Below, piece after piece: positions 1-31,991 of a stretch of DNA of 64,000 bases. Source of the stretch: the human T2T-CHM13v2.0 reference genome, Homo sapiens. The stretch lies in NCBI RefSeq assembly GCF_009914755.1, contig NC_060936.1. One strand, written 5' to 3'. A program made the translations under genes and the position numbers. Position 1 is the stretch's first letter, and the number at the start of each line of letters is the position of its first letter. The notes under the pieces were generated by a model. The model made no database searches, was not told the DNA's origin, and saw nothing but the letters and a program-made list of their open reading frames with translations.

Positions 1-542
<542 letters not shown>

Positions 543-1720
543 TAGGAAAAGGCCTGCGGTCTCTCCATTTCCACAGTAGCGTGTTCCCCAAAGACCAAAC
601 CCTCAGGGGAAACGTCTAGAATGAGTAACAACTTAAGGCTGCAACCTTAAACTTTCCCAGGACTCAGTTTCCCCAGCTGTGAAATGGCTGCTGTCGGGCT
701 GTCATCTCCAGGCCCGGGGCGCTGACATTTGGGCCACTCTCGGTCTCCCTCTTCATTCTGGGCGCGCATTAGCTCTGGTCCGGCCGGTTCCGCTGCAGCT
801 GAACAGCAAGATGCGGCACCCAGGTTACCCTGATCATCGCAGATTTCTCCCCGGGGCTCTGTTCTGAGGCCTCAAAAGTGCTCCTTGTAGATGGGACCAG
901 GGGTCATTTGGGCAGTAGCAGCGCCTGGTCTCAGTCTGGTACTGAAGTCAGGAATGGCTTAAGGTGAAATCGTGGTCCTCTGGTGAAGCTCAGCGAAGAC
1001 CCCCTCGCCTTGTTTATGACAAGAGAACTTCTGGGGGCGGGAGGAAGAGTCCCTGTTACGATGCTGATCATCATTGAGCTTTTGCTGAGCAGAAAACTCT
1101 TTAGTACTCAAGGTCGAGAGTCTCTGGTGGTCTGCCTGGCACCAGGCACCTTCCTACAACCCTAGTTTTCCAAAAGGACAAAGCCTGGGGCAGGCGACGT
1201 CCTAGCTCGCATTTGAACAGGGCCGCGGGCCAGCAGAGATGCGCGATGCCCAACTCTTTCCAAGAGCACCTCGCGTCCCGAACCGGTGCCTTCAACTCGG
1301 AGAAGTCAAGAGACCCGCAAGAAACTTGCACGACTGCACCCGCCGCCGCGCTCTGGGGGCTGGGCAGGGGCAGCTGGGCTGGCTCCCGGGGAACGCGACC
1401 CCCCCGCGCCCCGCAGACCGGCTGTCTCCCATGGACCCCTCGGCACCTGCAGCCTCCGAGGAAGGGTCAGCGCGCGTGTCCGCACGCCCGCCCCCACCGC
1501 GCGCCCAGAGCCGGGGGTCGCCGTGCGCCCTTCGCCACCTCCCCAGGAGGGCGTCCGGGGCGTCCCCTCTGGGGGCGCAGGAGGCCCGGGGGCGCTGCCC
1601 GGTGGCCGCGGCGCCCGGAGGCCGCACTGCCGGCGGCGGCGGCGGCGCGGCTCCCCCTGCTCTGTGCAGCTGCCGCCCGGCGCTTGCGCACTGGGCCAGG
1701 CGCGCGGCGGCCCCGGGCTT

Positions 1721-1990
<270 letters not shown>

Positions 1991-4459
1991 TAAGCGGAGG
2001 CGCCCGCCGCCAGCCGCCTCCCCGGCCGCCCCGAGCCCGAGCGCGGCTCCAGAGAGCCGCGGGGCGCAGCGCCCCGGCCGCCTGCCCCGGCCCAGCCCCG
2101 CCGCGGGCCCCGGGACTTGGCGAGGGCGGGCGGACGGGCGGGCGGCGCGCGAGCCGGGTCACCTGCGCCAGGCTGGGGCCGCGGCCGCTGCCCAGGTGCG
2201 CTCGCGCCTGTAGCCCACCTGGCGCGGCGGCCCGGAGGCGGCGGGCGCCGGGGCCAGGCGGTTGGAGCGGCGGGGCGGCCCCCGCCGCGGCGCTCGGCTC
2301 CCGGGAGGGGGGCTCGGGGCCGGCCCCAGAAGCCATTTCGTTTTGTGCAAGTCACATGAAAGCGGCTTCCCGCGCGCCGGGGCCGCGATGCCGGCGGCGG
2401 CGGGGAGAGCGCGAGCTCCATTGTGCAGGCTCCGAGCGGGCCGCCGCCGCCGTCTCCTCCCCGCGCACCCCGGCCCGCGCCCCGCCGCCCTCCGCCAGCC
2501 CCGGCCCGCCCGGCCGCCCGCTCCCGCCTCCCGGGCCCGGCGCCCTCGAGTCTGCGGAGTTTGCAGAGCGCGAGCCGTTTAAATTTAGCGCTTTGGGCTG
2601 CCTGGAGCGAGGGCTCTCGGCGACCAGGAAAGATGGGGGCGAGCGCTGGGAGCCAGCGGCCAGGGGCGCGGGGCGCCCACGTCCCACCCCGCTCTGCGCG
2701 GCGCCCCGGGCGGGGGGCTCGGGCCAGCCGATGTTTTTGGCCAGAAGCCGTTCGTCCTGGGCCGCGGCTGCCTCTCCACACCGGGAGCTCGTGTTTGTTT
2801 TGCGGAGGGAGCTGTTGTTTTTGTTCTCTGCACCGGGGAGAGGGGGACTTGGTGGCGGCCGCGCGTGGTTTTCGGGATCACATTAGCGTCCGCCCGGCGT
2901 GGCCCGGTCGACATTAAGGGGATCGAACCTTTCCGCGGCCTCGTCGGGGTCTGCTCGGAATCGGCCCCTGGGCCAGGCCCGAGGCGCAAGCAGATCGCCA
3001 GGTTGGGTCAGAGTTGTTGAAAACTCCCCGCTGCCTGATTTCAACTTTATTATTTTTTTCCCACGCCTTCACTGGGGTCCCGGAGGGAGAGGAGCCGCCG
3101 CAACGCTGGCTCTGAGTGTCAGCGCCCGCGGGCTCGTCTCGACCCTTTATTTCGAGCCTGGAAGCTGGGCAGGCCCTGTGGCAGGGGATGTTTACGTTTG
3201 GGGGTGTCGTTTCTCGAGTAGCGCCTCGGTCTCTAAAAGCCACTGGGGGCGAGCCTCCGGTGTGGCGGTGTCACAAGTTAGCTGTCCTTTCTGAGTCAAA
3301 CCCAACAAAAAAGGCAAGAGGAAAATCAATAAAGTCCACGTGCTCCCCGGCCTCCTATGGAAAGGGCTGGCTGCGATGGCCGGATGCCCGGCCGTGGGCT
3401 GGGTTTGGCTCCAGTGGGACAAAGAATTTTCAGAACCGTGAGAAGGGGAGGCTTTCCAAAGTTGAGATCCAAGTCGTCGGTGTCTCGGGAGCTCCCCTGG
3501 TACACAGGGTGCCCGGTGCCCGACTGGAGCCATTTAAAAATGGCAGAAACAGCTGCAGGCCAACACACACACGCTGGAAAACAACCCGCAGCCCCCTCTA
3601 CTGTGGGATTCCCCGCGGGAAGCCCGGAGTTGCTCCCCTCCTTGCCTCAGCCCCTGTGCAAAGAAAGAACTGGTGTCTGTGCCTGGGTCCCTTCTGTCGC
3701 CGGCCTGGAGGTTGGGAAACAGCCGGCAAGCCGCCTTTCTCTGCTCGAGGAGGCGTGGTGGGGCCTCCTACTCCAGGTTCCCGGCTGGACAGAGGCTCCT
3801 GCACCCTGACAGCTGCTCCCGCAGAGCGGCCAGCTGCTCTGCAGGGAGGGCAGATGGAGAGATGGGGCTTCCCACCCCGCGGGCCCCGGGGCGGCCGGCC
3901 TGGAGGCCTTCCAGCCCGCTGACCCCGCGGGGACCAGGCCTGTAGTTGGAGCTTGAGGGGCTGTACCTCTGCGCCTCCCTGGGTTTGGGGAAACAACACA
4001 TCGTGTCCTCTGAAGACCTCAGGCTTTGGGATCTCATGGTCCAGCTTCCAGTTCACTTCGTTGCCGCGACCTTGGGCATATCATTGTCACTTCTCTAACC
4101 ATGGTGACCCGGGGTTTTGTGCTTGGCTTCCAGGTCCCCTCGGGTTATTGAGGACGATTGAGGTCATGCCTCCGAGAGCACCGCGCCCTGGGCGCAGGAG
4201 GAGCTGTTGCTCAGTGTTGTCTGTGTTGTAAGGTGGACTTTGTAGAAACTTGGCTTTGAGGTTTTTTGTTTTTTTTTTTTTTTGGCCCCTTCTAAGCGAA
4301 AGCCTTGGACTTATTGCCCAGGTTTCTCTGGCCCCTGAGAAGCCATATCTCACCTTCCCCGCGCCTTCGGATTGGGTCTTAGACTCAGCCCATGAGACTG
4401 TGGGTTGTTTATTAATTGTGTGGTCACCAACCATGCATTTCACCACTGGTGGGGGGGTG

Positions 4460-4648
4460 GGGTTGCCAGGTTTAACCAGATAAAAATACAGCACACCCAG
4501 TTAAATTTGAATTTCAGATAAACAATGAAAGATTTTTTTAAAAATAAATGTTTTTGAGTATGTCTCATGCAATATTTGGGACACACTTATACTAAAACAT
4601 TATCTAATTTATCTGAAATGCAAATTTAACAGGGCACCCTGTATTTTA
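4460..4648. mobile_element. MER53-like palindromic MITE (DNA transposon)
   Basis: GGGTTGCCAG...AAAATACAG..CACCCAGTTAAATTTGAATTTCAGAT arm with its near-mirror arm around a central CCCA/TGCAATATTTGGG; family recognised from memory of the consensus. Confidence 0.8.
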
Positions 4649-5021
4649 CCCAGAGGGAAGCCGAAGTGTTTGGCAGATCATTTGGCCCCATGAGCCTTGG
4701 GTGGGTTTCTCCTCAGCCCTAGTGACCCCTAAAATTACCCCCCCGACCCACCCACTGTCCCCTGATGCTTCCCCCACCCCCGGAAAAAGCTGTGGCCTCC
4801 CTCTCATTTGGGGCAGGCTGCCTCCTGTTCTCTTTTTCTGGTGTTTCAGCAAGGCAGGCCAGTGGAGGTGAGGTGACCAGAAGATGGCTAAAGGGAAAAC
4901 AAAATGGTGGGCCTCTTTTTGGGAAACTGGGCCAGGGTTTGGGGGCCCTGTGCTGGTGGAGGAGAGAAGACCCCAGGGCGATGGTAGGAGACGAAAGCTT
5001 GGGCTGCAGCGTAAGCTTGGA

Positions 5022-6268
<1,247 letters not shown>

Positions 6269-7185
6269 AGGCTTAGGCCCAGGACCCCTTAGCACCTGGT
6301 CTGAGGGTTCCCTCAATGACTTGCTGTGAGGACTGAGAAAGGTCTGTGCCTGAAGAGCTCCCGTCTGTCCCAGGAGAGGTAGAGGTTTGGGCCTGAGGCC
6401 TCCCTCACCTCAGCTCCTCCAGAGGTTTCATCATGGAGACATTCCTACTGGGCACATGGCAGGTCAGGCAGACCTGGGCCTAGCTAGGGTGAGGCCAGCC
6501 ATGGGCCAGGCCTCTTGAGGTGACAGGGACTAGCCATGAGGAGTGAGTACAAGGACAGGGAGTAGAGCTTTCCTGGAGGGAGTCAGCAGGGTCCCCTTGA
6601 GTGGTGGGTAACCCTAAGATGGTCTTGTTGGCTAACCCTTGGACCTGGACACAGGAGAACATTCGAAATTGGCCTTAGCCTGGAGAATCTGGGATGGATT
6701 CTTGTAGTTTATATAGGAGTCCGTGCTGGGGAGGAGCAGTTGGGGCTATATTCCTACTGCTGGGACCTCATTTTTTCCTTTCCTCCCAGAAGCTCAAGTG
6801 TAATGGGAAGGGAAAGGTGTTGAAGTCAGGGTAAGGTGACGGGGCCGCCAAGACAGGAGGCGCGGGGCACACCCAGGGCCAGCTTTGCAGCAAGTTGGGC
6901 TGCAGCCTGGTGGTTGTGGGGATTTCTGCACCTGGTGCTTACAGGTGTCAAGAGTGAGGGCATCTGAGGGGGGCCAGAGAGCCCATCTGGGGCAAGCTGT
7001 CGCTCCCTGGGGCATGTGGGCCCAGGTCATGTTTTCAAGAGTAGCCAGAAGTCTGGATTCTTATGCAAAGCCTGTTTTGTTGTTTGTTTGTTTGTTTGTT
7101 TGAAGTTTGGCAGCAGATTTAACATTTTTAAAGTACTGTGCAGGCCAAACAAAACACGCCTGTTGACTGGTTGTTTGCCATCCTA

Positions 7186-7854
<669 letters not shown>

Positions 7855-8409
7855 TCACTTGGTGCCTTAAACTTGAGCTCCATGGCCCCTCCGGGTGGCT
7901 GCTTAGCTGAGCATAGGTCCAGCTCAGAGGTAGAATTCTTAATGTTCTTGCCTCTGTCCCAGAGTCCCCTCAATGTCCACACCTAGAAATACAGTTTCTC
8001 ATCACTGGGGTAACTTGAGAACTCGGTGAAGAGGTTGCCAGTTGGGGCAAAGAGAGGCACGAAAGCCTGGCTGCATTCAGCTTGTAGCCTGCGGTGGCCT
8101 CGAGCCTCGCTGGGAAGCAGCTGCAAACTTGCATCTTGGCTGATTTGCGGCCGCAAAGCCCAGATCTCTGGCACACTTTCTGCCCTGAAAGGTGTCCTGT
8201 GTGTTACAAGTCAATTACTTTTTTTTTTTTTTCCCAAACACAATCAAACCTTGAATGGGTTGATTTACTGGGAAGCTGGTCCAGGGCTCATGAGTAATGA
8301 ATGGCTTTGGCCAATCTGCATGGAGTCCTGGCAATTTGTCATTCTTCCTCCAGCTTCTGTTACCCTGGCGCTCCTTTAGAATGATTCTTGGTTTTCATGG
8401 CCAACAGAA

Positions 8410-8650
8410 TAGCAGGAGGTGGTGTCTGGGGTCCGAGCCCAAATCTAATTCTCTTCTGCCACTTCCTGTCTGTGAGACCCCAAGCTAGTGGTATAACCTC
8501 TCTGGGCATCCTGTTTCTGCATCTGTAAAAAGGGTGACAATCGTCCCCCTCTTGTAGCCTGTTGGGAATCCCAGGGAGAGAGGGTGTGTAAGTAGAGTGC
8601 TTGGCGTGGAGCCTGGCATGTAATAGCCTGGGCACACAGTGGCTATTGTG
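8410..8650. mobile_element. MIR SINE
   Basis: MIR-core-like ctctctgggcatcctgtttctgcatctgtaaaaaggg...tgtgtaagtagagtgcttggc...cctggca. Confidence 0.6.
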
Positions 8651-10467
8651 ATGGTTGCTCTAACAACTGAGGTTCTTCCCAGGAGCACTCGGTCTCTTCT
8701 GGACACCTTCTGATTGCTCAGAATTGAGGAGGGGAAAGGTGGGCATTGTGGTTTGTCTGCTCTGCCCACAGGAGGCAGGAGACGGGCCAGTGGACTTAGA
8801 CACTCGTCTTTCCTGCATCGTTTCTGGGTGAAAAGGTGCAAGGAGGAGGGAGCAGAGAGGCTGGTCTCAACAGCTGTGCTGGGTGAAGGGTTCGAGTGCT
8901 GGCTCTGGGAGAATGAGTTCACCTTCACCGCCCTGTGCCTCGGTTTCTTTATCTGTCAAATGGGGAAGTTGCCATTTCCTGCCGGATGAGCCGGCACAGT
9001 CCTTGGTACATAGAAGGCGCTAGGAATGGCCACTGGTATAATAAGAAAAGCCGGGCCGTAGCGTCCTCTGATGGAACACGTGGGACCCGAGCGGGCAGGG
9101 TTTTTGGGGGTGAGGTGTCTGTGGTTTCGGCTGGCTGGGTTTGAGTATGCTCCGTCATCCCGCAACCCCCGTGGTGACAGGGTGGGAGTCCTGTAACCTG
9201 TCACACCAGCATGTGAGGGCCACATGCCCCACGAGGGGGTGATCTAAGGCTGAGTTTGGGCAGAGAGGCCAAAAAAAGGTGCCAGGCAGCTCACGGACAG
9301 AGGTGCTCGTGCCACACAGAATTCTCAGTTCTGGGAATTTTTGTCACCAAAATTGCTGAGGACTCGGGCAGCTACGTCGCCTGTACCAGGGGTGCGCCTG
9401 CCCCAACAGTGCCTGCTGGGCCCCTTAAATCCGCCAGCCTCCTAGCTGAGCCATCAGTGGCTCCTTGGTGGCCTCGCAGGTCTCCTGATCTGGCAGAGTC
9501 TTGATTTAGGAGCCTCGGTTCCAACCCCAGCCCTGCTTCTGGGAGGCTCTCCTGAGCCTCAGTCCCCTCAGGGGTGTGGCTGCTGGGTCTTCGTGGCGGT
9601 AAGGGACAAGTCGGAGTGCAGGGGGTCAAGGACAGGAGGTGGCTGGCTGTAGCAATAATCGGAAAAATGACAGTGGCTCGGAGCAGAGTGGTGGTGGTGG
9701 AGGAGAGGGTGGGCATTGTTATCTCGAATGAAAACCAGTCCTGTTTGCTTCTGTGGCTTGTAAGTTTCTCCTCATCCATAAACCTGCCTCTCACAGTGGG
9801 GGGTCTGGACTCCGTCCTTCAGGCGTTTGTAATGCAGCTGGGGTGACCTTGCAGACAGGGTCACTAGGAGCCCTGAATCAGGGGTGCAGTTCCCCTCCCA
9901 CCTGGCTGCACCCACACATTCAGGCTGTGTAACCTCCTTTCGGGCCGAGGTCACCACTCCCTGGCTCTCCTTGGCCGCCACGAAGGGCATTCTTCCGGCA
10001 GAGTGTGGGCGGCTCCCCGGCTTGCCTGCTCATGCCTCCCCTGACCTCAGACGCATCGCCCAGAGGGCAGGAGGAGCCCCGGGGTGTCCTTGGTGACGAC
10101 TCCACCCCCCATGAGAGGAATCGGCCTGCTGGCCTGAAGCCCTCTCTGCTGCCCAGACAGGCGCGGGTGGCCCAGTCCACTGGCTGCGTGGCATTGGCAG
10201 TGACACAGGAGGAACCTGGGCCCGACTCGTGCCACCCATAGGAGTCCTTGTAATGGCAGCCCCACCCTCAGCCTTTTTGGCGACAGCCTGGAGAGGGCAA
10301 CCACCCTATGTGGTGTAACGGGTGGAGAAACCAGGCTTAGATGGGTGATGTGGCCTGCCCAGGGCCTCCCGCTAGTGAGGGTGGAGCTGGGATTCCAACC
10401 CTCATCTGTGTGATCTGGAGCTTGCTCTCAGCCCCAAGGGAGTGTGGCCTGTGTCCCCCAGGGATGA

Positions 10468-11133
<666 letters not shown>

Positions 11134-12920
11134 TGCAAGTTGTGTCTTCTGGGCCGAGCGCCCCCCCCAGGGCTTGGCACTGTGTTTTGGGGCAGGTGTG
11201 GTGGTGCCCACAGTTAGGCACGTTCTCCCCACCTTTGTGGTTCTGTTCCTGAGCCTCTGACCATCTGCCAGGCCCTGGGCTGATGCCTCACATGCGGCAT
11301 CTCCGTTATTTTTCCTACTCAGCCTGTGGAGTTGATCTTTTTAACCTCTCCTCTGTACAAGTGAGGGCACAGGCTCAGAGAGGTGAAGCCACTTCACATG
11401 GCTCACCTCAGAGCTGTGAATGGAGCTCAGGTCTGTCTGACTCCAAAGCGCAGGTTCTCTCTGCGCTTGGAGAGGCTTCTGGTGAGTGGAGCTGCTGGTG
11501 ACAGGGGTCCCCGGTGCTAGGAAAGCCTGGTGTAGGGATGCGGGGCTCCAGGAGGGCTCCAGGAGGGGTGGCGCCATCCCGACTTCCACCACTAGAGGGA
11601 ATGCGAGGCGCTGTCCTGTGATGGCTGGCAACTGCCCCGAGCAGACAGTGCTCTCCCAACTTCGTGGTTCCCAGGCCAGTTACCTCCAGAGACCCCTCTC
11701 ATTTCCATCCCAAATCAAGAACAGTCTGCCCCATAGGCCTTTGCCTGGGCCATTCCCCCCTGCCTGGACTGCCTTCCGTATTTACTCAAACTCAGTCCTT
11801 CTACCTGGGAAGATGGCGCAGACTAACCCACATGGCTGCGGCCACTCCTGGGAGTGACGTAAAGTCATGATTGGTAGGTTTGGGGTGGGGGAAGCATGTG
11901 GGGGTCCAGCTTCCTCCAAAAAGACAGGGGCTAAGTTTCTCGCCCCCATCTTCAGTTATCTGCCCGGCAAGTCTTGGGTCTCTGGGCAGGGCTGTGGCTC
12001 CATTCTTCACCCCGTGATCACATGCTCACCCCTGAACTTGGGCCTTTGTTGTCCCTTCTGGTTCTAGCCTGGGCTCCCGGAATCACCAGGGCTGCTTTCC
12101 CCAAAGGGACTGAGCCTTGGTCTCTCTCCGCATCTCCCAGGGAAGAGCAGGGCAAGCTCCTCGAAGGCAGTTCCTGGCTCCGGCCCATGTCTGTGCCTTG
12201 CCCGCCATTAGGTGTAGAAATGCCGGTTGCATTTGAGAAGATGTGGTCCCTGCTCTCAAGGAATTTCTAATCTCGTTTGGGGAAGATAATTATAGAATAG
12301 CATGAAACAGATATCAGGGAAGTGCCAAATGGAATATGATCAAGGGGAAAACGTAAGCCCTGGGCCATCGGGAAGGACCGGGCAGCTCTAGGCTTCAAGG
12401 GACCGTTTGATTTGGAGGCAGACAGACCAGCCCCGATTAACCTGTGATGTTAGGCAGGTGACCCCACATTGCTGGGCCTTAGTTCCCTCTTTTGTGTAAT
12501 GGAGCAGTAACATCCAAATCGCGGTTTCTGCAACAGAGCAAAAGCAATATATCACCACGGAGAATACTTAGCACTGTGCCGGCTGTGCAGACGGTGCCGA
12601 GAAATGCAAATTCCCTCTTCATCTGTGAGCCATGATGTGCCATGTGCCACTCCCCCACCCCCTTTCCCTCTAGGGCGATGGTTCTCGGCCTGGCTGAGCA
12701 CCTTCAGAAGATGCAGATTCCTGGGCCCATCACCAGCCGCTGAGTCTCTGCAGGTTGAGGCTGGGAATCTGCCTTGTGGAGGGAGAGCTTTTTATTGTTT
12801 TAAACACTCAGTATCTATATGGTTATATCCATTTGTTACTTTAGAACTCTTGAAAATTTCATCCTTTTAAATAGGTAAAATATGTTACAAAATTCAAATT
12901 CAAAACAATTTTTTGATTAA

Positions 12921-13563
<643 letters not shown>

Positions 13564-13992
13564 GAAGTCACTGTTTTATTCAGTTCAGTTAGTGTATTCA
13601 CAAAGTTGTGCACCTGTCACCACTGTAATTCCAGAACATTTTCATCACCCTAAAAAAGGAACTCATACCCATTAGCAGTCACTTCCCATTCCCCTCGCCT
13701 GCCCCGGTAACCACCAGTCCACTTTTTGTCTGTTTGGATTTGTGTATCTTCCGATGTTACTCTTTTACTGCATATCTTTTATAAATCTGCCTCTCATCCC
13801 TGCATGCACCCCCCATCCCCACCCCAGTTCTCGCCCCTGGAGGCAACCAGTGTTGCCAGGTTTTGTTTATCCTTCTAAAGGGAGACTTCGCTCGCAAACA
13901 TGCATGTAAATACACGCATGCACATACAGAGCATGCACACACACACACATCCTTTGCTTACCACTGGTGGTGAGGCTCACGTATCCTGCATC

Positions 13993-13996
<4 letters not shown>

Positions 13997-14044
<48 letters not shown>
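13997..14044. repeat. (AT)24 microsatellite
   Basis: Uninterrupted AT repeat. Confidence 0.97.
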
Positions 14045-14046
<2 letters not shown>

Positions 14047-14252
14047 TGGCGATATTGACATATGTTAAGTGTTAGTATTCTGCAGATCACCCCATGTTAG
14101 TCTGTGAAGAACCACCTTATTCCCTGTAATTGTTGCATCCGATTTCATTGAATGAATGTACCACGATTGATTTAACGAGTCTCCTACAGTTCAGCCAAGG
14201 TTGTTTCTAACATGATTCCTTTCGTAAAAAAAAAAAAAAAAAAAAAATTGAA

Positions 14253-22466
<8,214 letters not shown>

Positions 22467-23288
22467 GTGTAAAAGTTCAGGGAGTCCTGACAGTGGCCGG
22501 CAGCCTGCACTGAAGTATTTTCTGGTAAATTTCCCTGCCTCATGACATTCAAGTCTGCACCTAAACGTCATAGCATGCATTGCTGAAAATATGACGTTTC
22601 TACATACCCACTGTCCCATGATCACTTCTAACTAAATTAACAACAGTTCCTTAATAGCTTTTAAAACCCAGACCATATTCAAATTCCCCAATTGTTCCAA
22701 AGTGTTACAGCTGGCACGTTTGAAACAGGATCCAAATCATTTCCATACATCATATTTAGTCGAGTCTCCTAGCTTTCTTTATTCTAAAGTCATCTCCCCT
22801 CCCCCAACTTTTTTTTTTTTTTAAATATGATACTGACTTTAAGGGAGTGGACCACGTGTCCCGTGGAATATGCCACCTCCCGCTGTCTCTCTCTCCCTTT
22901 TATTTCCTATCAAGTGGAACTCAGCTCCAGGCTGGATGCAGTCAGACAGAACGCCTTGGCAATCCCGCCTCACGGACCATGCCGTGTCTTCTGTATCGCT
23001 TCCCTGCCAGACACACAAGACGTCTGGTTTCTACACCCAGAATGAGGCCTCAAATGTCCCCCCAGGATTTTAAATATGTTAGGCCACCATCCCCAGCTGG
23101 CTGCCTCCAGACGCAGGGTACAGTTGGCTCAGTGTGGGGAAGGTCAGGCCAGTGCCGGAATTCTTTGCCTCTCTGGACACATGGGATGGCTGTGGTGCTT
23201 GGGTGGGTGGGTGGGTGGGGGTCAGGGGGCGGGAGTGAGCTCAGGGGTCCCAGGAGGAGGCGTATCCAGTATCCAGACCCCTACCACA

Positions 23289-29440
<6,152 letters not shown>

Positions 29441-29727
29441 TCAACTATAATACTTCCCGTTCAAGTCTGTGACTGTGCCATAATTTATGTGAACAGTCCC
29501 TTAGTGATGGTCACTTAGGTGTTCCCGTCTTTTGTTTTGCACATGCAGTCCTGCGGGGGGTCTGGTACCCTCATCTCTCTTCACTTTTGCCCAGGTGCAG
29601 GTGGCTCTGCAGGCTGCGTCCCTGGAAGTGGAACCGTTTAGTCAGAGGCTGCATATGCACTCAGAATGTCACAGGTTCTGCCTGGCTTTTCCCCCCGAGA
29701 AGTCATGGGTAGGATGACACCACTAGC

Positions 29728-30230
29728 ACAGGGGTTCTCAGCCTCAGCACCCCTGGCATTTGGAGACGGATCATTCTTTTTGTTTTTCTGAGACGGAGTC
29801 TCGCTGTGTCACCCAGGGCGGAGTGCAGTGATGCAATCTGGGCTCATTGCAACCTCTCTGCCTCCCGGGTTCAACTGATTCTTCTGCCTCAGCCTCACGA
29901 GTAGTTGGGACTACAGGCGTGCATTTGCCATCACACCTGGTTCATTTTTGTATTTTTAGCAGAGACAGGGTTTCACCATGTTGGCCAGGCTGGTCTCAAA
30001 CTCCTGACCTCAGGTGATCCACCCGCCTCAGCCTCCAAAGTGTTGGGATTACAGGCGTGAGCCACCACAACCAGTCTTGGATCCTTCTTTATTGTGGGGG
30101 GGTGGGCCATCCTGTGCATTGTGGGACATTGAGCAGCATCTCTGGCCTCCACCAAAATGTTTCCAGTTGTTAACCAATGTCCCCAGGATAGGGGCAGGGG
30201 TAAAATCACCCCCTGCTGAGAGCCAGTGCC
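29728..30230. mobile_element. MER20-like DNA transposon split by an antisense Alu (~29777-30075)
   Basis: caggggttctcagcctcagcac...atttgg start; cctgtgcattgtgggacattgagcagcatctctggcctccacc...aaatcaccccctgctgagagccagtg end. Confidence 0.7.
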
Positions 30231-30451
30231 CTAGCGGCTTTGCCATAGCCTTCGCTGCGTACAGTATGTGTCGTCCCCTCTCATCTCCCCTCATGGCCCC
30301 CGTGATCCCAGCATGCCCACCAGGCTTCCCTGGAAGGTGGTTCTGCAGGTAGAAGGCAGAGGGGGTGAGACGGGGGCTGTGGTCACATACAGGGGGACAC
30401 TCACCAGCTGTGTGGGCCTGGGCAGGAACATCACCTCCACACACCCTCCTA

Positions 30452-30688
<237 letters not shown>

Positions 30689-31691
30689 TTAGGAGGAGGG
30701 TCTGGGAGCTGCAGGGTTGCCTTGTCCACCCTTCTGTCGGGGGAGCGATTGCGGGGTTCCCAAGGACGGACATGGGCTTCGTGTGCAGCCGCGTTCCTGC
30801 TTCTTTCCCATCCTGGTTTCTTTCTGGCCGTGGCCTTGTTTCTCCCACGTTGGGGGTGTGTGTCTCCTTTGCTCTAGAAGCCCGATTTGAGCTCCGCAGC
30901 AGGAATTATGTTTTGAGTTAGTGTGTCCAGTTGGTTGCTACTTTCTCGCCACTACCACCAGATGCTAAATTGGTGGGACGCAGGTGGGACCTCCACCAGG
31001 GTCCTCTCTGGCCACCCCAGGCCCCTGGGCCTGCACGGCTGCCCTGCACTGCTCAGCCAGGATCCACCTGCCTGCTGCCCGAGCTGCCCGTGGGAAGGGC
31101 ACAAGGACAGACCCGTGTGGCCTTCCCAGGTGGGTGCGTGCTGTCTGCCGGGATGGGGCAGGTCGGCCACCAGCTGTTGACCTTGCTTTGAACTTGTTTA
31201 CTGCTGTGTGAGTTCAGGGAATGACATAATTCCTGTCCAAGCTCCCTGGACTAAATTTAGGTCCCAGGAAAATAATTTTCCCTGGGTGAGTTCCAGCACC
31301 GCAGCGCCCAGAGAATCGGCTGCTGCCCTGAGCTCCTGAATGCTCTGTGGGTTCCAAGGCCAGTTCCCACCAAGCTCTAGGGCCTGGCTCTCAGGAGAGG
31401 CCTCTGCCGGGCACCTCTCTGCCCAGCACGGGTCAGCGTGAGTCTCTGGGTGACTGGCCACCTTCATGATTTCTAAGCCTACATCTGGGGCACCCACCTC
31501 CCCCACCACTCTGCAGAGCCTGCTGTGCCCGGCAGAAAAGGAGCTGTGGTCAGATCCAAAGCCACAGATGGGCAACTTTTCTAGTAAAAACTTTAAATAT
31601 TTATGTTAAAGCAAACATTTATTATGAAATAGAGTATAACAATAACATGATTTCTCTCTCTCTCTTTTTTTTTTTTTTTTTTTTTTTTTGA

Positions 31692-31991
<300 letters not shown>

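Noticed and set aside
11586-11603. CTCF-like CCACTAGAGGGAAT
   Set aside because: Mismatch in the 3' GGC(G/A) core; cannot be supported without ChIP data.
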